A DNA stretch of 64,000 bases from Octopus sinensis (GCF_006345805.1 NC_043015.1:21142001-21206000); one strand, 5' to 3'. Numbered from the stretch's first letter, positions 41,150-55,123 are shown. A program made the numbers and translations. The notes: generated from the letters alone by a model not told the origin.

Positions 41150-41595
41150 ATTTTGTTTTATCTCAGCTTTTGCTTGGAACTCCTGCATGCAACCTAAGGT
41201 ACCATGCTATCTGTCCTTTTCAGCTATCTAATACTTTCCTAATTATTCTGGCCGTGCCAAGAAGCCAAAACGTTTGTAACAGTTCCACTGGACACTCTAT
41301 TCCAGTTTCCTTTATATTCCTCTTGATGCCTTGTGATACTGTTCCCAGGACCCAACAATAATTGGCACTATCTTCATCTTCTTCATTTTCCATAGGTGGG
41401 CTATTTCATACTTAAATACTTGTATTTATCTGTTTTTTCCGCCTTCATTCTTAACTATTCGTTGGTCAAAGGGACATGCAACATCAGTCATATAGTATAT
41501 GTAGTGTACCTTGACCCCACCCCCACTAGGTCCGGTCTCTTATGCTTTAGCACCTGTTCTGTTTGGATTGGGAAACCCCAGGAACTTATCTGATA
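41150..41595 (-). mobile_element. R4/Dong-like element 3' end with RLE domain
   Basis: WGFPIQTEQVLKHKRPDL..DVACPFD..IVPIIVG..LLGTARIIRKVLD, then 3' UTR and (AAT)n. Confidence 0.85.
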
Positions 41596-42205
41596 ACACA
41601 TTATGTACACACCTAACTTACAATTTTAGGCTTTAAGTTACTATTTCTAGAAGCCCAACTGTTTACGTAGAAATGGCGTCATACAATCTATAAATGACAA
41701 ATAACTACATCTCTATTGCAGCTTTATTTATATTCATGTTATGCAACGTAGATTCACATTGCTTTAAAATCTATAGATTGTCTTCTTCTTAAACTAGCGA
41801 ATGTCTTGAAGAGTATAGTTTTGTTTTTAACAATTACAGGACGCTTCCATTATTAAAATTGTTCTTTGTACAGAGTAGGTCACACAGTACCAAGTAAAAT
41901 TTCATATCTCACTGTGGGAGTGTGTCTGATATACGAACATATATTGTGTTGAATTTGAAGCATTCACCGTTTTGTACGAATTACGTAGGAACACATTTCA
42001 TGGGTGTGTGTGTATGTATGTGTATGCGTGTGTATAGTGTGTGTGTAAGTATACATGTATGCCTCTCTCAATATTGAATTGACAATTAGCATAATATAAT
42101 GTCAGTTGCCAAAAATATACTATTAGCATACACTAACACGAGTACATACAGAAACACAGGCAGACCACGCAAATACATACAAATCTATACATATATGTGT
42201 GTGTA

Positions 42206-42246
<41 letters not shown>

Positions 42247-42277
42247 TAATGTATCTTTGTAAATATGTATGTATGCA

Positions 42278-42309
42278 TCTCTATCTATCTATCTATCTAT
42301 CTATCTATA

Positions 42310-42360
<51 letters not shown>

Positions 42361-42361
42361 A

Positions 42362-42392
<31 letters not shown>

Positions 42393-42416
42393 GCATATAT
42401 CTATCTATCTATCTAA

Positions 42417-42465
<49 letters not shown>

Positions 42466-42487
42466 GTCCTATCTATCTGTCTATCTT

Positions 42488-42554
<67 letters not shown>

Positions 42555-42672
42555 GTCTATCTATCTATCTAACTAACTCTCTCTCTCTCTCTACCTATCT
42601 ATCTATCTACCTATCAACATAGATACATACATACATACATACATACATACATACATACATACATACATACAT
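42278..42672. repeat. (CTAT)n then (ACAT)n microsatellite
   Basis: Direct reading. Confidence 0.95.
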
Positions 42673-42874
42673 AAAAGACCAGTAAACACCACTTTTTTCT
42701 GTAGGATGTGAGATGTGATACCATTGTGTGTATATTCACGACGCTCTTTATGGACTTTTATGCAATGCTATGCAGTTTATACATCGTCGATTGAATGTAT
42801 GTCGTATTTATCTGCAGGTATGTATGTTCATGCATAAATATATACATGTATGCATGTATACACAAACACACACA

Positions 42875-42935
<61 letters not shown>

Positions 42936-43202
42936 TATATATATGCACACGTGTATATACATATGCACGTGTTGATATCTGTAGAAATGCGTAGCCGGAT
43001 AACTATGTAATTTTTATAATTCAGAGGTGAGTGGTATGTATGTAGCTACTTCCAAATCTACCATTTTCTCTAAAAGATCAACTTTGAATTGTGCTAGAGG
43101 CTCTATGAATAGACGATTTTTTCTCTGCAATGTCTACCTACACCCACATGCGAACACACCAACAGAAGAACATGCATATTTATATCTGTGCGTGTGTGTA
43201 CG

Positions 43203-43262
<60 letters not shown>

Positions 43263-43729
43263 TGTATGTATTTATATATGTATATGTAAGTACATAATAA
43301 ACACACACACATACGTTGAATAAGATTGAAACAAGAGGCCTCTTTATATTCTCATTCAATTACGATTTTATGTCTGAATAGAAAGTTAAATTACTTATTT
43401 CTGCTTAGATTTTCCTTCGTCACTGCATTCAGTATGTCAACATTATCTTATATATAAGGTAAAAATTTAATTTCCTCATCTTTTGCTTATTAAGTAAATA
43501 TTCTATTCGACAACAATTCTTTTTTAGGAACTCTAGGAAATATATAAAAAGCGCGCACTCATACACACATACACTCAAACGTACGCACATATACACGAAG
43601 GAAAAAATAGAAACACACTTAATTACATATATGCATTCATACGGACATACACACACATATTCTCACGTATATGCATTATATATTTTGATGATTTGCCTAG
43701 TCATAGAAATTTAGAAATCACTTACTGGG

Positions 43730-43915
43730 ACGCAGCATTCTCAAGTGTCACAGTAAATGTGCAGGGTAGCACCGAAATTAAAGTGAATTTGTGCATTAGA
43801 ACGGGTGGTGCACTGTGTTCTTGAGAAAGGCACTTCATCTCATGTTGCACTGTGATCACATCGACAGCTGACGCGTGGTACCTCGATTGATGGATGCGAG
43901 AGCGAGCTAATGTAG

Positions 43916-43983
<68 letters not shown>

Positions 43984-44062
43984 ATCACAATAAACAAATC
44001 ATTTGTGTGCATAGTTCAGCGAAAACTGAACACTCATATGTCGTCTTCAACGGGAGAGTCCA
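43730..44062 (+). mobile_element. SINE family E with internal (CA)n expansion
   Basis: TGTGTTCTTGAGAAAGGCACTT core; body similar to 28320-28550. Confidence 0.55.
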
Positions 44063-44064
44063 TC

Positions 44065-44095
<31 letters not shown>

Positions 44096-44125
44096 TGTAT
44101 ATACATACATACATACATATATATA

Positions 44126-44160
<35 letters not shown>

Positions 44161-44399
44161 GCCATAATGAATCTGGCAAAAGAGCTACAAATGAACATAA
44201 CATTCCAGTCATCACACGATGCCACCCCCACCACCCTATCGCACAAACTCCCTTTGCTGCCATTAATAAACAAACAATCACCATTAACAATCACCAATAC
44301 AGTCAAAACCAGTCACCATTATCGCCTCAACCTTTTTGCTCAATGCACAAGGCACCAGCCCTTCCACCGATGCCCAGAAATGGGATATCCAATTTATTG

Positions 44400-47170
44400 A
44401 GGACTGGGTTAATGGTAATCCACACCATACCCCTTTTTCCCTCCTCACAGTGACCCATCTCAATAACCTTCACGTGGAAGCTGAGATGAGAGTGAAGAAT
44501 TTTACAGCCATCCATGCAGATCATGTCGGCAGAAGAAAGGGTGGGACCGCCATTTTCGTGCACGATACTTTTTCGGCTGAACCAATGGACGTATTTACAA
44601 ACGGCTACTGTAAAGCAGCTTCTGTGTTTAGTAAAGCCAACAATTTAATAGTAGTTGAACTCTATAGGTGACTCCTAACTCCTTTCCTACGCTTCAAGGA
44701 ATGTCTCGACAGTATTAAGTGTTTCGTTCATCAGTGTCATGCTGGCAACATATTAATGATGGGGGACTTCAATCTTCCCAGTGTTGATTGGTCCACAAAC
44801 AGTTTGAAACCAATTTTTTCACCTCAACCCTTGATAAGGAAGCAATCGAACTGATTTTTGATTTCATGGATGAGCTTTTCCTGACCCAACTTGTTCGTGA
44901 ACCAACAAAGTGTGACAAAAACACTTTGGACCTATTGTTCAGTAACCACACTGACATTATCCTCAGTATTGCAGTGGAAAAACACCAGTACTCTCAGACC
45001 ATGGCACGGTTCTCTGCGACCTGAGATTCTACCACCCAAAGATCAAATCCAGTAGCATCTCTCCAGTCCATCCATTTGACACTATGGATCTTCATAACGC
45101 AGACTGGGTTGCGATCAATCATGATCTTTCACAAGTTGATTGGGCCTTCGCGCACGCACACACTCCCACTAACATAAGCATATCATGGCATACATTTGTA
45201 GATACTATGATAAATATATGCGTAGAACATACTCCATTAAGATCAGTATACAAATCTAAGTGCATAATTCCTAGAAATAGAAGAGTAATTATCAGAAAAA
45301 TAAAATGAATTAACAAGAAAATCAATCAACTTAAATTCTGCCAGTAGCAACGCACCCATTCGACTGCCATTGCTTCACTCAAATCGAAAAACACGACCAC
45401 CAAAAAAGCATGATGACCATCATTAGCAGCCAAAGACAGCTGAATAGAGTTGGGCCACCGAGAAAACAAGACACTATCTCAAAATGTTCTTTCCTTTTGT
45501 AAAAAAAAAAGCAACATAGAGACAGCTTCCACTGTTGGTCCTCGGGTTGATGAGAACTACACTCTACATGATGTCTTCAGTAATGTTAATGCGGTTGATG
45601 TGGCTAGTATCAGTGATGTAAACCCTCAACTAACCACATCTGACATAACTTTTAGTGCTCCTGATATCCTAACAGAAATAGATAAGATCAAGCACAACTC
45701 GGCAGAAGGTCCTGATAAGTTCCCGGTCACTGTCCTGAAGATGTGTCGACATCAACTTGCACCCCCTCTAGCTGAGCTCTGCAGAAACTCACTTGATGCA
45801 GGCTACATTCCTCATCATTTTCTATCCCAGTCTGTTGTTCAAGTCTTCAAAAAGGGAAACAAATCTCTTGCAGTGAACTACCGTCCAATTTCACTCACTT
45901 CTCATATCATTAAAGTATTTGAAAGAGTGGTGAGATCGCGAATAACCGACTTCCACGAAGACAACAATCTGCTGAACCCCAACCAGAATGGTTTCTCTGA
46001 TGTCAGGGAATGGCTGTCGCAGCTTTTGTACCATTTTGATGAACTCTTAAAGCGTTGGGAGAAGACTCCAACACTGACGTCATATGTCTTGATTTCAGCA
46101 AGGCTTTTGACAGAGTGGACCACAAAATCCTGCTGAAGAAAATTTTCATCATTGGAGTCCGTTGAAAGCTGCTGCAGTGGATAAAGTGCTTCGTGACAAA
46201 CAGAGCTCAACAGGATGTGTTTGAGGGAATACGATCCAGCTAAGCCAAAGTCAGAAGTGGTCTCCCGCAAGGTACTGTGTTGGGCCCGTTCCTCTTCATT
46301 ATTTACATCAATGACATAGGAGATGTCATCAGACATTTTACATTGAAAATCTTTGTAGATGATTCCAAACTTCAGAAATCCATAACCGGCATGGGAGACG
46401 GAACATGCCTTCAGTCATATCTGTTTGCTATTGTGCAATGGGCGGTAAATATGCTTTTAAATGAAGATAAGTTTGATTTGATCCACTTTGGAAAAGAGGG
46501 AACTCTGAAATTACCATACGCGCTTCCCTTGAGCAACTCCCTAGTGTCATCCAACAACACAAGAGACCTTGGAGTAATTGTTGATAACAATCTAAGCTGG
46601 AGTTCCCACATAAACAGCAAGGTTGACTTGGCCCGCAAGATATGCTCCTGGATTCGGAGAACTTTTCAGTCTAGAGATGCCTGCACCATCATCCATCTGT
46701 ACCCTAATTTTGCCCGATTCCTCCTTGAATACTGTTGCCCACTGTGGTCTCCCCATACGAAGCAACTCATTCTGAAAGTAGAAGCACTCCAGAGGTCAAT
46801 AACAAGAAATATAGACAGCATGAGAGACATTGATTATTGGAGTCGGCTAAAAAAACTCAATTTCTGCTCTCTTCAACGTCGCCGGGAGCAGTACATCATG
46901 TATGTTAAGTGGAAAATATTCCATCAATATTGCACAAATGATGCTGACATCAGTTTTAAAATCCATTGGTCCCCGTGCTATCCGCCCTCTACAAAAATCG
47001 AACTCGGTACACATAGTAACATTATGTCACAATTATTTTACTTCAACCGGACAAGCTCTCTTTAATACCATACCAAAATACGTCAAAACGGAAACGGATC
47101 TCATAAAATTCAAATGTTCATTGGACAAATTTCTTCAAAAAATCTTATTAAAATTCATGTCCGGCTAATC
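44400..47170 (+). mobile_element. CR1/L2-group LINE, near-complete APE+RT ORF2 disrupted by stops and frameshifts
   Basis: GGTAIFV, GDFNLP, NTLDLLF (APE); GPDKFP, NYRPISLTSHIIKVFE, DFSKAFDRVDH, GLPQGTVLGPFLFIIYIND, FVDDSK, RDLGVIVD, LEYCCPLWSP (RT). Confidence 0.95.
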
Positions 47171-47223
47171 GTTGAGTGGACGTTGGTGATGCCTTGGCAG
47201 AGGTTTGAACTCTCTGAGTGCTC

Positions 47224-47325
47224 TTGTTACCTCCACCTTAGCGAAGACGAAGGTATTGTTTTCAGTTGTGTTTGTCCATGGTCAATATAACCCAAGAACC
47301 ACTGAATTGATTCGGATGAAACGGG
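47224..47325 (+). mobile_element. Helentron/HINE-like non-autonomous fragment
   Basis: TTACCTCC..AGGTATTGTTTTCAG..GATTCGGATGAAAC resembles HINE-type termini; recognised from memory only. Confidence 0.35.
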
Positions 47326-48697
47326 GCTGCTGATACTTGATGCTAATATGGAAAAACTTTGGCGGGAAGTTCTCCATGAATTCCATCAGTATTTTACCAA
47401 TAATAAAAACGCCATATATATTCAATTCAATTCTTGAAAATGAATGTGTGAAGTCTAGAAACGTCGGATTTGGATTTAATCACCCCTGTCTTCTAAGCCA
47501 AGTATAACATATTGATAAATAAAAACTGAAAACTCTAAACTGAAAAAGAGAAAATCACTTGAACAAACAGCATATTTGTGTGTGTGCGTGCGTGCGTTCG
47601 TGTGCGTATGTATATCTGACCAAAAACTACTTACTCATTTCGTCTTTTATTCGCAATTTATAATACACCAAATTTCATTAATATGTAAGTTTTATCTAAA
47701 AAACTGGTTTACCTTTTCTGAATGTGTTTATTGATTTATGTGCAGGAATAAATGAATTAGATAAGGGAATCTGTTTGCGTTAACTTGAATCTTTTGCACT
47801 GAGTGATCGGTCATATATCGTGGTACAGATTTAAATTCTGTTCTTGTTATTCAGTCGCTTTGGTGTGTAAGTTTCGATGACATCTACCAGTTTAATATGA
47901 ACAATAGTTCAAAACAGCACTGAAACAATTTGTGATCGAATGAAGAAAGTATTGAATACAAATGCAGAAAGCCCTGGCTTTATAGGTTTGTCTACCATTT
48001 TAAAGGGTCGTAAAACTGGAGTAAAGAGGTTGAAATTAAACTCATGTTTAATGACGACATATGAATTAAGCTGTTTACAACTTATGCTATTTTCATTTGT
48101 CACCCATCAAGTTTAAGTTATTAGCCGAAGTATACACTTGAGAAGTCCAAGAAGCAGGTATGTTAACAAAGATTCATCAATAGACTATCATCATCATCAC
48201 AGTCATCATCCGGCGGTGTGGCTCACCCTGACCAGTTAGTCTTATTGATCTTTCGATAATTGGATGTCTTATCTGTCCATGGCATGATTATAGATAACAA
48301 CAGTAGCTCAGTATCTGAACTGGTTGATCCTGGTCGTAGATAATTATCGCTATGGGCTCTGTGTGGGCAGTCATCTAAAAGTTTTTGTTCATCTTGATGC
48401 TGACATAAGTTCCTTGTTTTTCCTGGTGAGAAGGAGGCATAATGCACCACTTATTCCTTCGAAGTTAGGAATATTCAGCCTTCGAAACATATGTCGAGAA
48501 TAAAGGAATTTTGTTAAATCGTCGTTCAACTCCATTCTTTCATTTATTTGTATTTAAAAAAACACACAAATTTCCACACGAAAGCACGTGATCTCTGCCC
48601 TTGGCATGTAGCTTCAACTGTGTTTTTCTGACGTGAATTTGCTACCCAGGTATCGGTTAACCGAATTATCCATAATAAGATAATTCATTCAACTACT

Positions 48698-48731
<34 letters not shown>

Positions 48732-48742
<11 letters not shown>

Positions 48743-49109
48743 TATATATATATATATACGTGGTTCCGGGTTCAGTCCTTCTGCGTGGCACCTTGGGCAA
48801 GTGTCTTCTACTATAGCTTCGGGCCGACCAAAGCCTTGTGAGTGGATTTGGTAGACGGAAACTGAAAGAAGCCCGTCGTATATATCTATATATATGTATG
48901 TGCGTGTATGTTTGTGTGTCTGTATTTGTCATCCTAACATTGCTTGACAACCGATGCTGGTGTGTTTATGTCCCCGTCACTTAGCACTTTGGCAAAAGAG
49001 ACCGATATAATAAGTACTGAGCTTACAAAGAATAAATCTCGGGGTTGAGTTTCTCGATTAAAGGCTGTGCTCCTGCATGGCCGCAGTGAAAGTGACTGAA
49101 ACAAGTAAA

Positions 49110-49151
<42 letters not shown>

Positions 49152-49513
49152 TATATATATATATATACGTGGTTCCGGGTTCAGTCCTTCTGCGTGGCAC
49201 CTTGGGCAAGTGTCTTCTACTATAGCTTCGGGCCGACCAAAGCCTTGTGAGTGGATTTGGTAGACGGAACTGAAAGAAGCCCGTCGTATATATCTATATA
49301 TATGTATGTGCGTGTATGTTTGTGTGTCTGTATTTGTCATCCTAACATTGCTTGACAACCGATGCTGGTGTGTTTATGTCCCCGTCACTTAGCACTTTGG
49401 CAAAAGAGACCGATATAATAAGTACTGAGCTTACAAAGAATAAATCTCGGGGTTGAGTTTCTCGATTAAAGGCTGTGCTCCTGCATGGCCGCAGTGAAAG
49501 TGACTGAAACAAG

Positions 49514-49518
<5 letters not shown>
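48732..49518 (+). repeat. Tandem direct duplication (~409-bp period) of a 5'-truncated family C SINE
   Basis: 48760-49107 and 49169-49516 are identical except one A (GGAAAC vs GGAAC); the unique flank TACACACATATTA is also duplicated. Confidence 0.95.
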
Positions 49519-49571
<53 letters not shown>

Positions 49572-49602
49572 CTTGTATATCTATCTATCTATCTATCTAT
49601 CA

Positions 49603-49666
<64 letters not shown>

Positions 49667-49704
49667 ATATATATTTAAATGTATTTATGTATGTATATGT
49701 TTAT

Positions 49705-49915
49705 TTGTATGTGTTTGTTCCCCCGCCATCACTTGACAACTGATGCTGGTTTGTTTACATCCCGGTAACTTATCGGTTCGGCAAAATAGCCCGCTAGAAT
49801 AAGTACTAGGCATACAAAGAATAAGTCCTGGGGTGGATCTGTTCGACTAAAGGCGGTGCTCCAGCATGACTTCAGTCAAATGACTGAAACAAATAAAAGC
49901 ATAAAAGAATAAAAG
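49705..49915 (+). mobile_element. SINE family C, 3' half
   Basis: CTTGACAACTGATGCTGG..AAGGCGGTGCTCCAGCATG..TGACTGAAACAA. Confidence 0.8.
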
Positions 49916-52900
49916 AATATATACATACACACACATATACGTGTATATATACATATTTGTACGAATATATATATATATACTCAATTCCAGTAACACACAC
50001 ACTCGTGTATCTAGAGACGTGTGTTTATGTGGATGAATTTTAAACTATAGTTCTTCACAAATAGTTTGATGCTAATAATACATATTACTCAATATGCTGA
50101 AAAATATAGTTATTGATTACTATATTTTACTTAAATATCACTAGTGGCTTATGACTTAGTTTCATGCCGACGAAGTAATTGTCTGCCGAATAATGAAAAA
50201 AAGAATCTAATTGAAATAAATGCTATTACGTAGAGTTTGCGATTGATGTAACTTGTTGTAAACATCCTGTTATATATTGTAGGAAAAAATATTTCGATGT
50301 ATTTTGAGCGGACATTTTTACTGAGGTAGCATTGCATCAATAACATTTTGTGTCGATGTTAATGTAATGTAAACATCTTTTTGACTAAGTGGTAACACTC
50401 CCAGATAAATCTTGAACGAAACGTTATATAATATGTTTCATATAATGGACGGGGAAGTAGAAAATACTTTAGCAAAGAGACGTAAGCTGTATACCTTGGA
50501 AAGACGACGGATGGAGCAGAGAAAGTAATCCGAGTCTAGTAAAACAATATAGATTCAGCACAGTTGGGGAGCTTATACTGTTCCTAGCTTCTAATGGTGA
50601 TGCCGAGTGAGTAACTAAGCTACAGGTATTCTCATTGACCATCACTGCGATATGGTTCGGATGGAAGGAGGAATATTGCTCCGAATGTGTCGAAATTATT
50701 ATATCGTCCAGTCATCATCTGATAAAGGTAATATTTTGCAGTGGAATTCGTATGTAAGATATTTTTACTTAAGTATACCGACAATAACATACAGGGAAAC
50801 ATGAACAGAAAAGTAAAAATGTAGACACAAACAGTACATATTTCAAACTGGTATACTTTCATATACAGACGATACCGAGTTGCTAATACCTAACAAGTCG
50901 AAACTGAACTTAAAGGATTAATATGGGAAAATATGAAAAAGTTTTATTAAATAACTAACTACTAAATGTTTGTTTAAAATGTGCTTAAATTAAGGGCTGT
51001 ATGCCTATTTACAATTACGTGTGTGATTGTGTGTATCTATATAGAAATATGTGTGAACATATCGTATCCGCAGCCAAGCGTCAGAGTCGTGTCTAATCTA
51101 ATTCTATATTTTCACTAAAAATAAAGTTAAAATATTTACAAAAATTCTTTTATCAGACTTCCATTTCAGTGAATTCGTGTATCTTTTCAATAGATGTGTG
51201 CGAGTGTTCCATAAATGCCTCTGGTGTTGATACAGCTGTGTTTTGTTTGAAGTATAAAAATAAAAATATGAGGAAGATTAATCTATCAGTAACGTAGTTA
51301 GTGACTCAACTATTGCGGGAGAAGGGAAGGGCGAACGTTATCGGGAAAAATATGGTAGAAAATATGATAGAATGGAACTAAAGTAGAAAGGTTAGAAGGT
51401 AAAATGAAAAAATATCAGCTGTCTCTGCTTTGGTAAGGTCAGGGATGAGTTTTTCAATTGCGTAAAACGTATTTTCCTAAATATCTGCATTTCTGCATAC
51501 TTCTGAGCTGGTGTAGCAGTTTTTGATATGAAGGCCGTGACAAGTTTGCCTTTTCTATTGTGCACACATGGCAGATTTTGCTTTGGATTATGTAGAATCC
51601 GTCTTTCTACGATTCTCCTCTTGTTTCTGTTGTACGATTCATTTACTTGCAGGATATATATGCAGCTGGACAATTTTGAGATGTTCTTTTGAAATATAAA
51701 TGTGCGACTATAAAATCTTTTTAAAACTTCTCTTCTAACATGTCTATTTTATGCATACATATTATATCTTGGTTGGATTCAATAGAAATAACAACTGCCT
51801 CATAAAAGATTCACTCTACGTTACAGAATATGCTTAGTGGACACGAATTTATTTCCCGCTAATGTGTATGCCTTCAGTTGTGTTGAAGCAGTATATTGTT
51901 CACGTTTGGGTTGAAAAGTTTTCTTAGTGAAACAATCCTATAATGTTATATACATTCTCGCTCTCACACGATTCAATATTTATTTCGAAGAAACCTGTTC
52001 AGCTCACTCCCACAAATAAATCGATTGCACATACTCATGCGAGAATCATGATGCAAACCGAAAGGCAAATCCCGATACACCACGGTAATATTTTGTGAGG
52101 CAGAATTAACCGCAATAAAATGCAGCTTCGGAGTCTCATGAAAATGTTATATAGGTACGATAGACAGAAAGTGTAAACAAAGATTATATAATCCTACATC
52201 TTTCAGGCAGAAAAACAAACAAAATTTGCCTTCTGCATATGGAGAGTGTAAAATGCTTTAGCATGAAATATTTAGTGGAAAACAATTGAAAGATCCAAAC
52301 TATGTATAATTCGATGCAAAAGTAGTGGTGTCTAAAGAAAAAAAGAAGAAAATTTTGAAAATAATTTAGTAGCCAAAACCCTTATTTAAACACTTCATTT
52401 AGAACACCTACTGTGCAAAGAAGAAACAACCCACTTCGTCAATGTAAAATCCTACGAATTCACAAACATGAAATATCGTTTCTCTATCAATTTGCTTCAA
52501 ATTTCCACTTTACTTTTTCACATTTCCTTTATTCCTTTCTTGCTCATATTTTTACCCTAGAATATCAATCTATATTTTACAATATCATAAATACTGTTAC
52601 GATTTCAAACGATTAATTCCACATTACATCTATGTCTGCCGTAGATTATAAACAAATGAAGTTCTTTCCACTTTCTCCAAAATCACAACTTCTGTGTGAA
52701 AGGTTGTCAACTTAGGCAAGATCAAAATCATCAAAAATCATTTCCAAATATTGGACACAATTTCCTATCGGCATGTGGCAATAAACAAGCGTAGAATGAA
52801 TAGTTGACAAAGAAACGCAAGGTATCCCTCTTGGTATGTTCACTTGCGATGAATTTTCAATAAGAATGCATTGCTGTGCACGACATTATCGAGTGTTACA

Positions 52901-53035
52901 TAATTTTTGAGTACGGATATTATGCTATTTAGCAAGCATGGTATGCTATACATTCCTGCAAACATAGATACATAGATACATAATACATACATACATACAT
53001 ACATACATACATACATACATACATACATACATACA

Positions 53036-53720
53036 TGGTGGTTTCCCCCTCGTTATCGAGTATGGCCATTGCGCGAAGCTTAATCAATGTTGTTATCGTG
53101 AAATGCCTGTGCAAGAAGATTTTTTTAAAGTGAGGAAAGGCTGTGCAGTGAGGCAATCCCACTCACTAAGCAACAGCAGCCATAATCCGAAAAGAAGAAC
53201 AAGTCAACATCATCGGTAACCACTGAGCCGCAGGTTTTATGTCGCAGTTATCCCAGTTACCTGAGTTACCTTCTCCTACAAGGATGCCCTAACAAAAGCT
53301 AGGAGTCCTTCACTCCCAATGGTTTAACCGCGCGATCGGGTATTCAGTCCCATTATTTCTATGTTCCCGCGCATGATACAGGCTTAAGACATTTATTGGA
53401 TGGCCGTAGACTATCAAGAGTTCCTCCGCCGTTTGACGGGTTTTGTTTTTCATCCCGCAGGGTGTCCAATAAACACCGCTCATCTTCGTGCACCTCAGGA
53501 ATAGTTACCTGATTAGCACCACCAACCAAACAATTTTATAGAGAAATGCACTTCATAAAGTTTTCTTTAGAGTAAAATATCTCGTGAGACACATGCTCAT
53601 TAAACCATCGAATACACCGTATCTATCCTCTGATCATGCCGGTTTAGCCGCCGACGACCCGACCATGCAACAGGTTGTACTGGGTTACATGTTACCAGTA
53701 GCGCTCGAAAGTGACCTGAC
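53036..53720 (-). mobile_element. RTE-type 5' UTR-like element carrying a 162-bp insert
   Basis: ACCTTCTCCTA..GG.TGCC.TAAC.AA.GCTA motif resembles RTE 5' UTRs on the reverse strand; GC-richer than flanks; bounded by (ACAT)n. Confidence 0.45.
53476..53637 (+). repeat. 162-bp direct repeat, copy 1
   Basis: Three mismatches relative to 57500-57661. Confidence 0.95.
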
Positions 53721-53742
53721 ATACATACATTCATACATACAT

Positions 53743-54085
53743 AGAGAACATTTATGGAGAATTATTATGGAACTTACAGCTCTTGTACCCTGACTATAAA
53801 TTCTTTTTTGTACTTACCATCACAAGTGCATTAGGTTGTGTACCAACGAATTGGCACAAAATCCTAGAAAACACCGGTTTCACGGCAAAAGAAATTGACG
53901 CGGAATTTAATGGTAGTACTGTGAAGATTTGTGACGCATTGTGTATGCATGGACAGTTCAACCAAGAGACCATTTCAACCACATATATACAAACACCAAG
54001 AACTCTATTAACAGAAAAACACTTGTCCTTTGTTGGCAACTGGTTTGAATTCTCCCATGAACTTAAATTAAGCTCAAGGAAAAAT
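53743..54085 (+). mobile_element. RLE-type non-LTR element 3' fragment in (ACAT)n
   Basis: ENIYGELLWNLQLLYPDYKFFFVLTITSALGCVP..GSTVKIC; flanked by CATACATACATTCATA at 53720-53735 and 54090-54105. Confidence 0.75.
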
Positions 54086-54111
54086 CATACATACATACAT
54101 TCATATATATG

Positions 54112-54505
54112 CGATGATATATATTTGGAAGATCTTAGAGGGATTAGCCCCCAGTTTTGGAATTGATAGCTATACTATTCCTCATAAGGAACGGCACTGC
54201 ATCATACCAAAGATACCGTCTAAAATAAGGACACAGTACTGAGTTTCAAGGGCCGGCAATTGTTCAAACTCTTGCCAGGCAACCTTAGAGATCTAAATGG
54301 TGTTGATGTGGAAGTTTTCATGGAATGTGTGGACAGGTTTCTATTTAAGATACCAGATGAACCCACATAGCGGCAGGAGTCACAAAGGCTCCATCCAACT
54401 CGCTACTTCACCAAAAACAATATCGGAAACAACACCGAGTAACTACTGGTGGTGCAGCACCATGACCTCAGCCCTGGGCTGAAACCAGTAAAATATAAAA
54501 AATAA
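54112..54505 (+). mobile_element. CR1/L2-group LINE 3' end
   Basis: IYIWKILEGLAP..LSFKGRQLFKLLPGNLRDLNGVDVEVF..VDRFLFKIPDEP, then 3' UTR and A-rich tail. Confidence 0.8.
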
Positions 54506-54831
54506 ACCATACATACATATGAAAAGAGAAAACTGGAAAACTTTTTTGGTGTTATTTATTCTGTATTATGTGTTTCTTCTTTAATGAGTAGTTAATTTAT
54601 AATAAGAATTCTCCAATATTTAAAAGTATTTAACAATATTGTGTTAAATATACTTTGGTACACTGGATTATGCTGATGTGCTTCATGAGAACACTGGTTG
54701 GATTATAACCCTATCTACATCCATTCATACATATACATATTTTAGTATATATATATATATATGTATATATGTATAAATATATATATGTATATATATATAT
54801 ATGTAAATATATATATATATGTAAATATATA

Positions 54832-54897
<66 letters not shown>

Positions 54898-55086
54898 ATA
54901 TAATAATAAATATTGAGACACATATATGTATGTATATCCTTGTACACCCAGACACTCTACACTACAGACATTCATATATAAATATACATGATATAAGTGG
55001 GACATTTTGACAGATAAATTGTAAAGTATGTAGACAATCAGAAAAAGTGTGTGGAGGAAAGAGACGAAGACAGGGAGAGGAAAGGT

Positions 55087-55123
<37 letters not shown>

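Noticed and set aside
44400-47170. Active LINE or domesticated RT gene
   Set aside because: Multiple stops and frameshifts break ORF2
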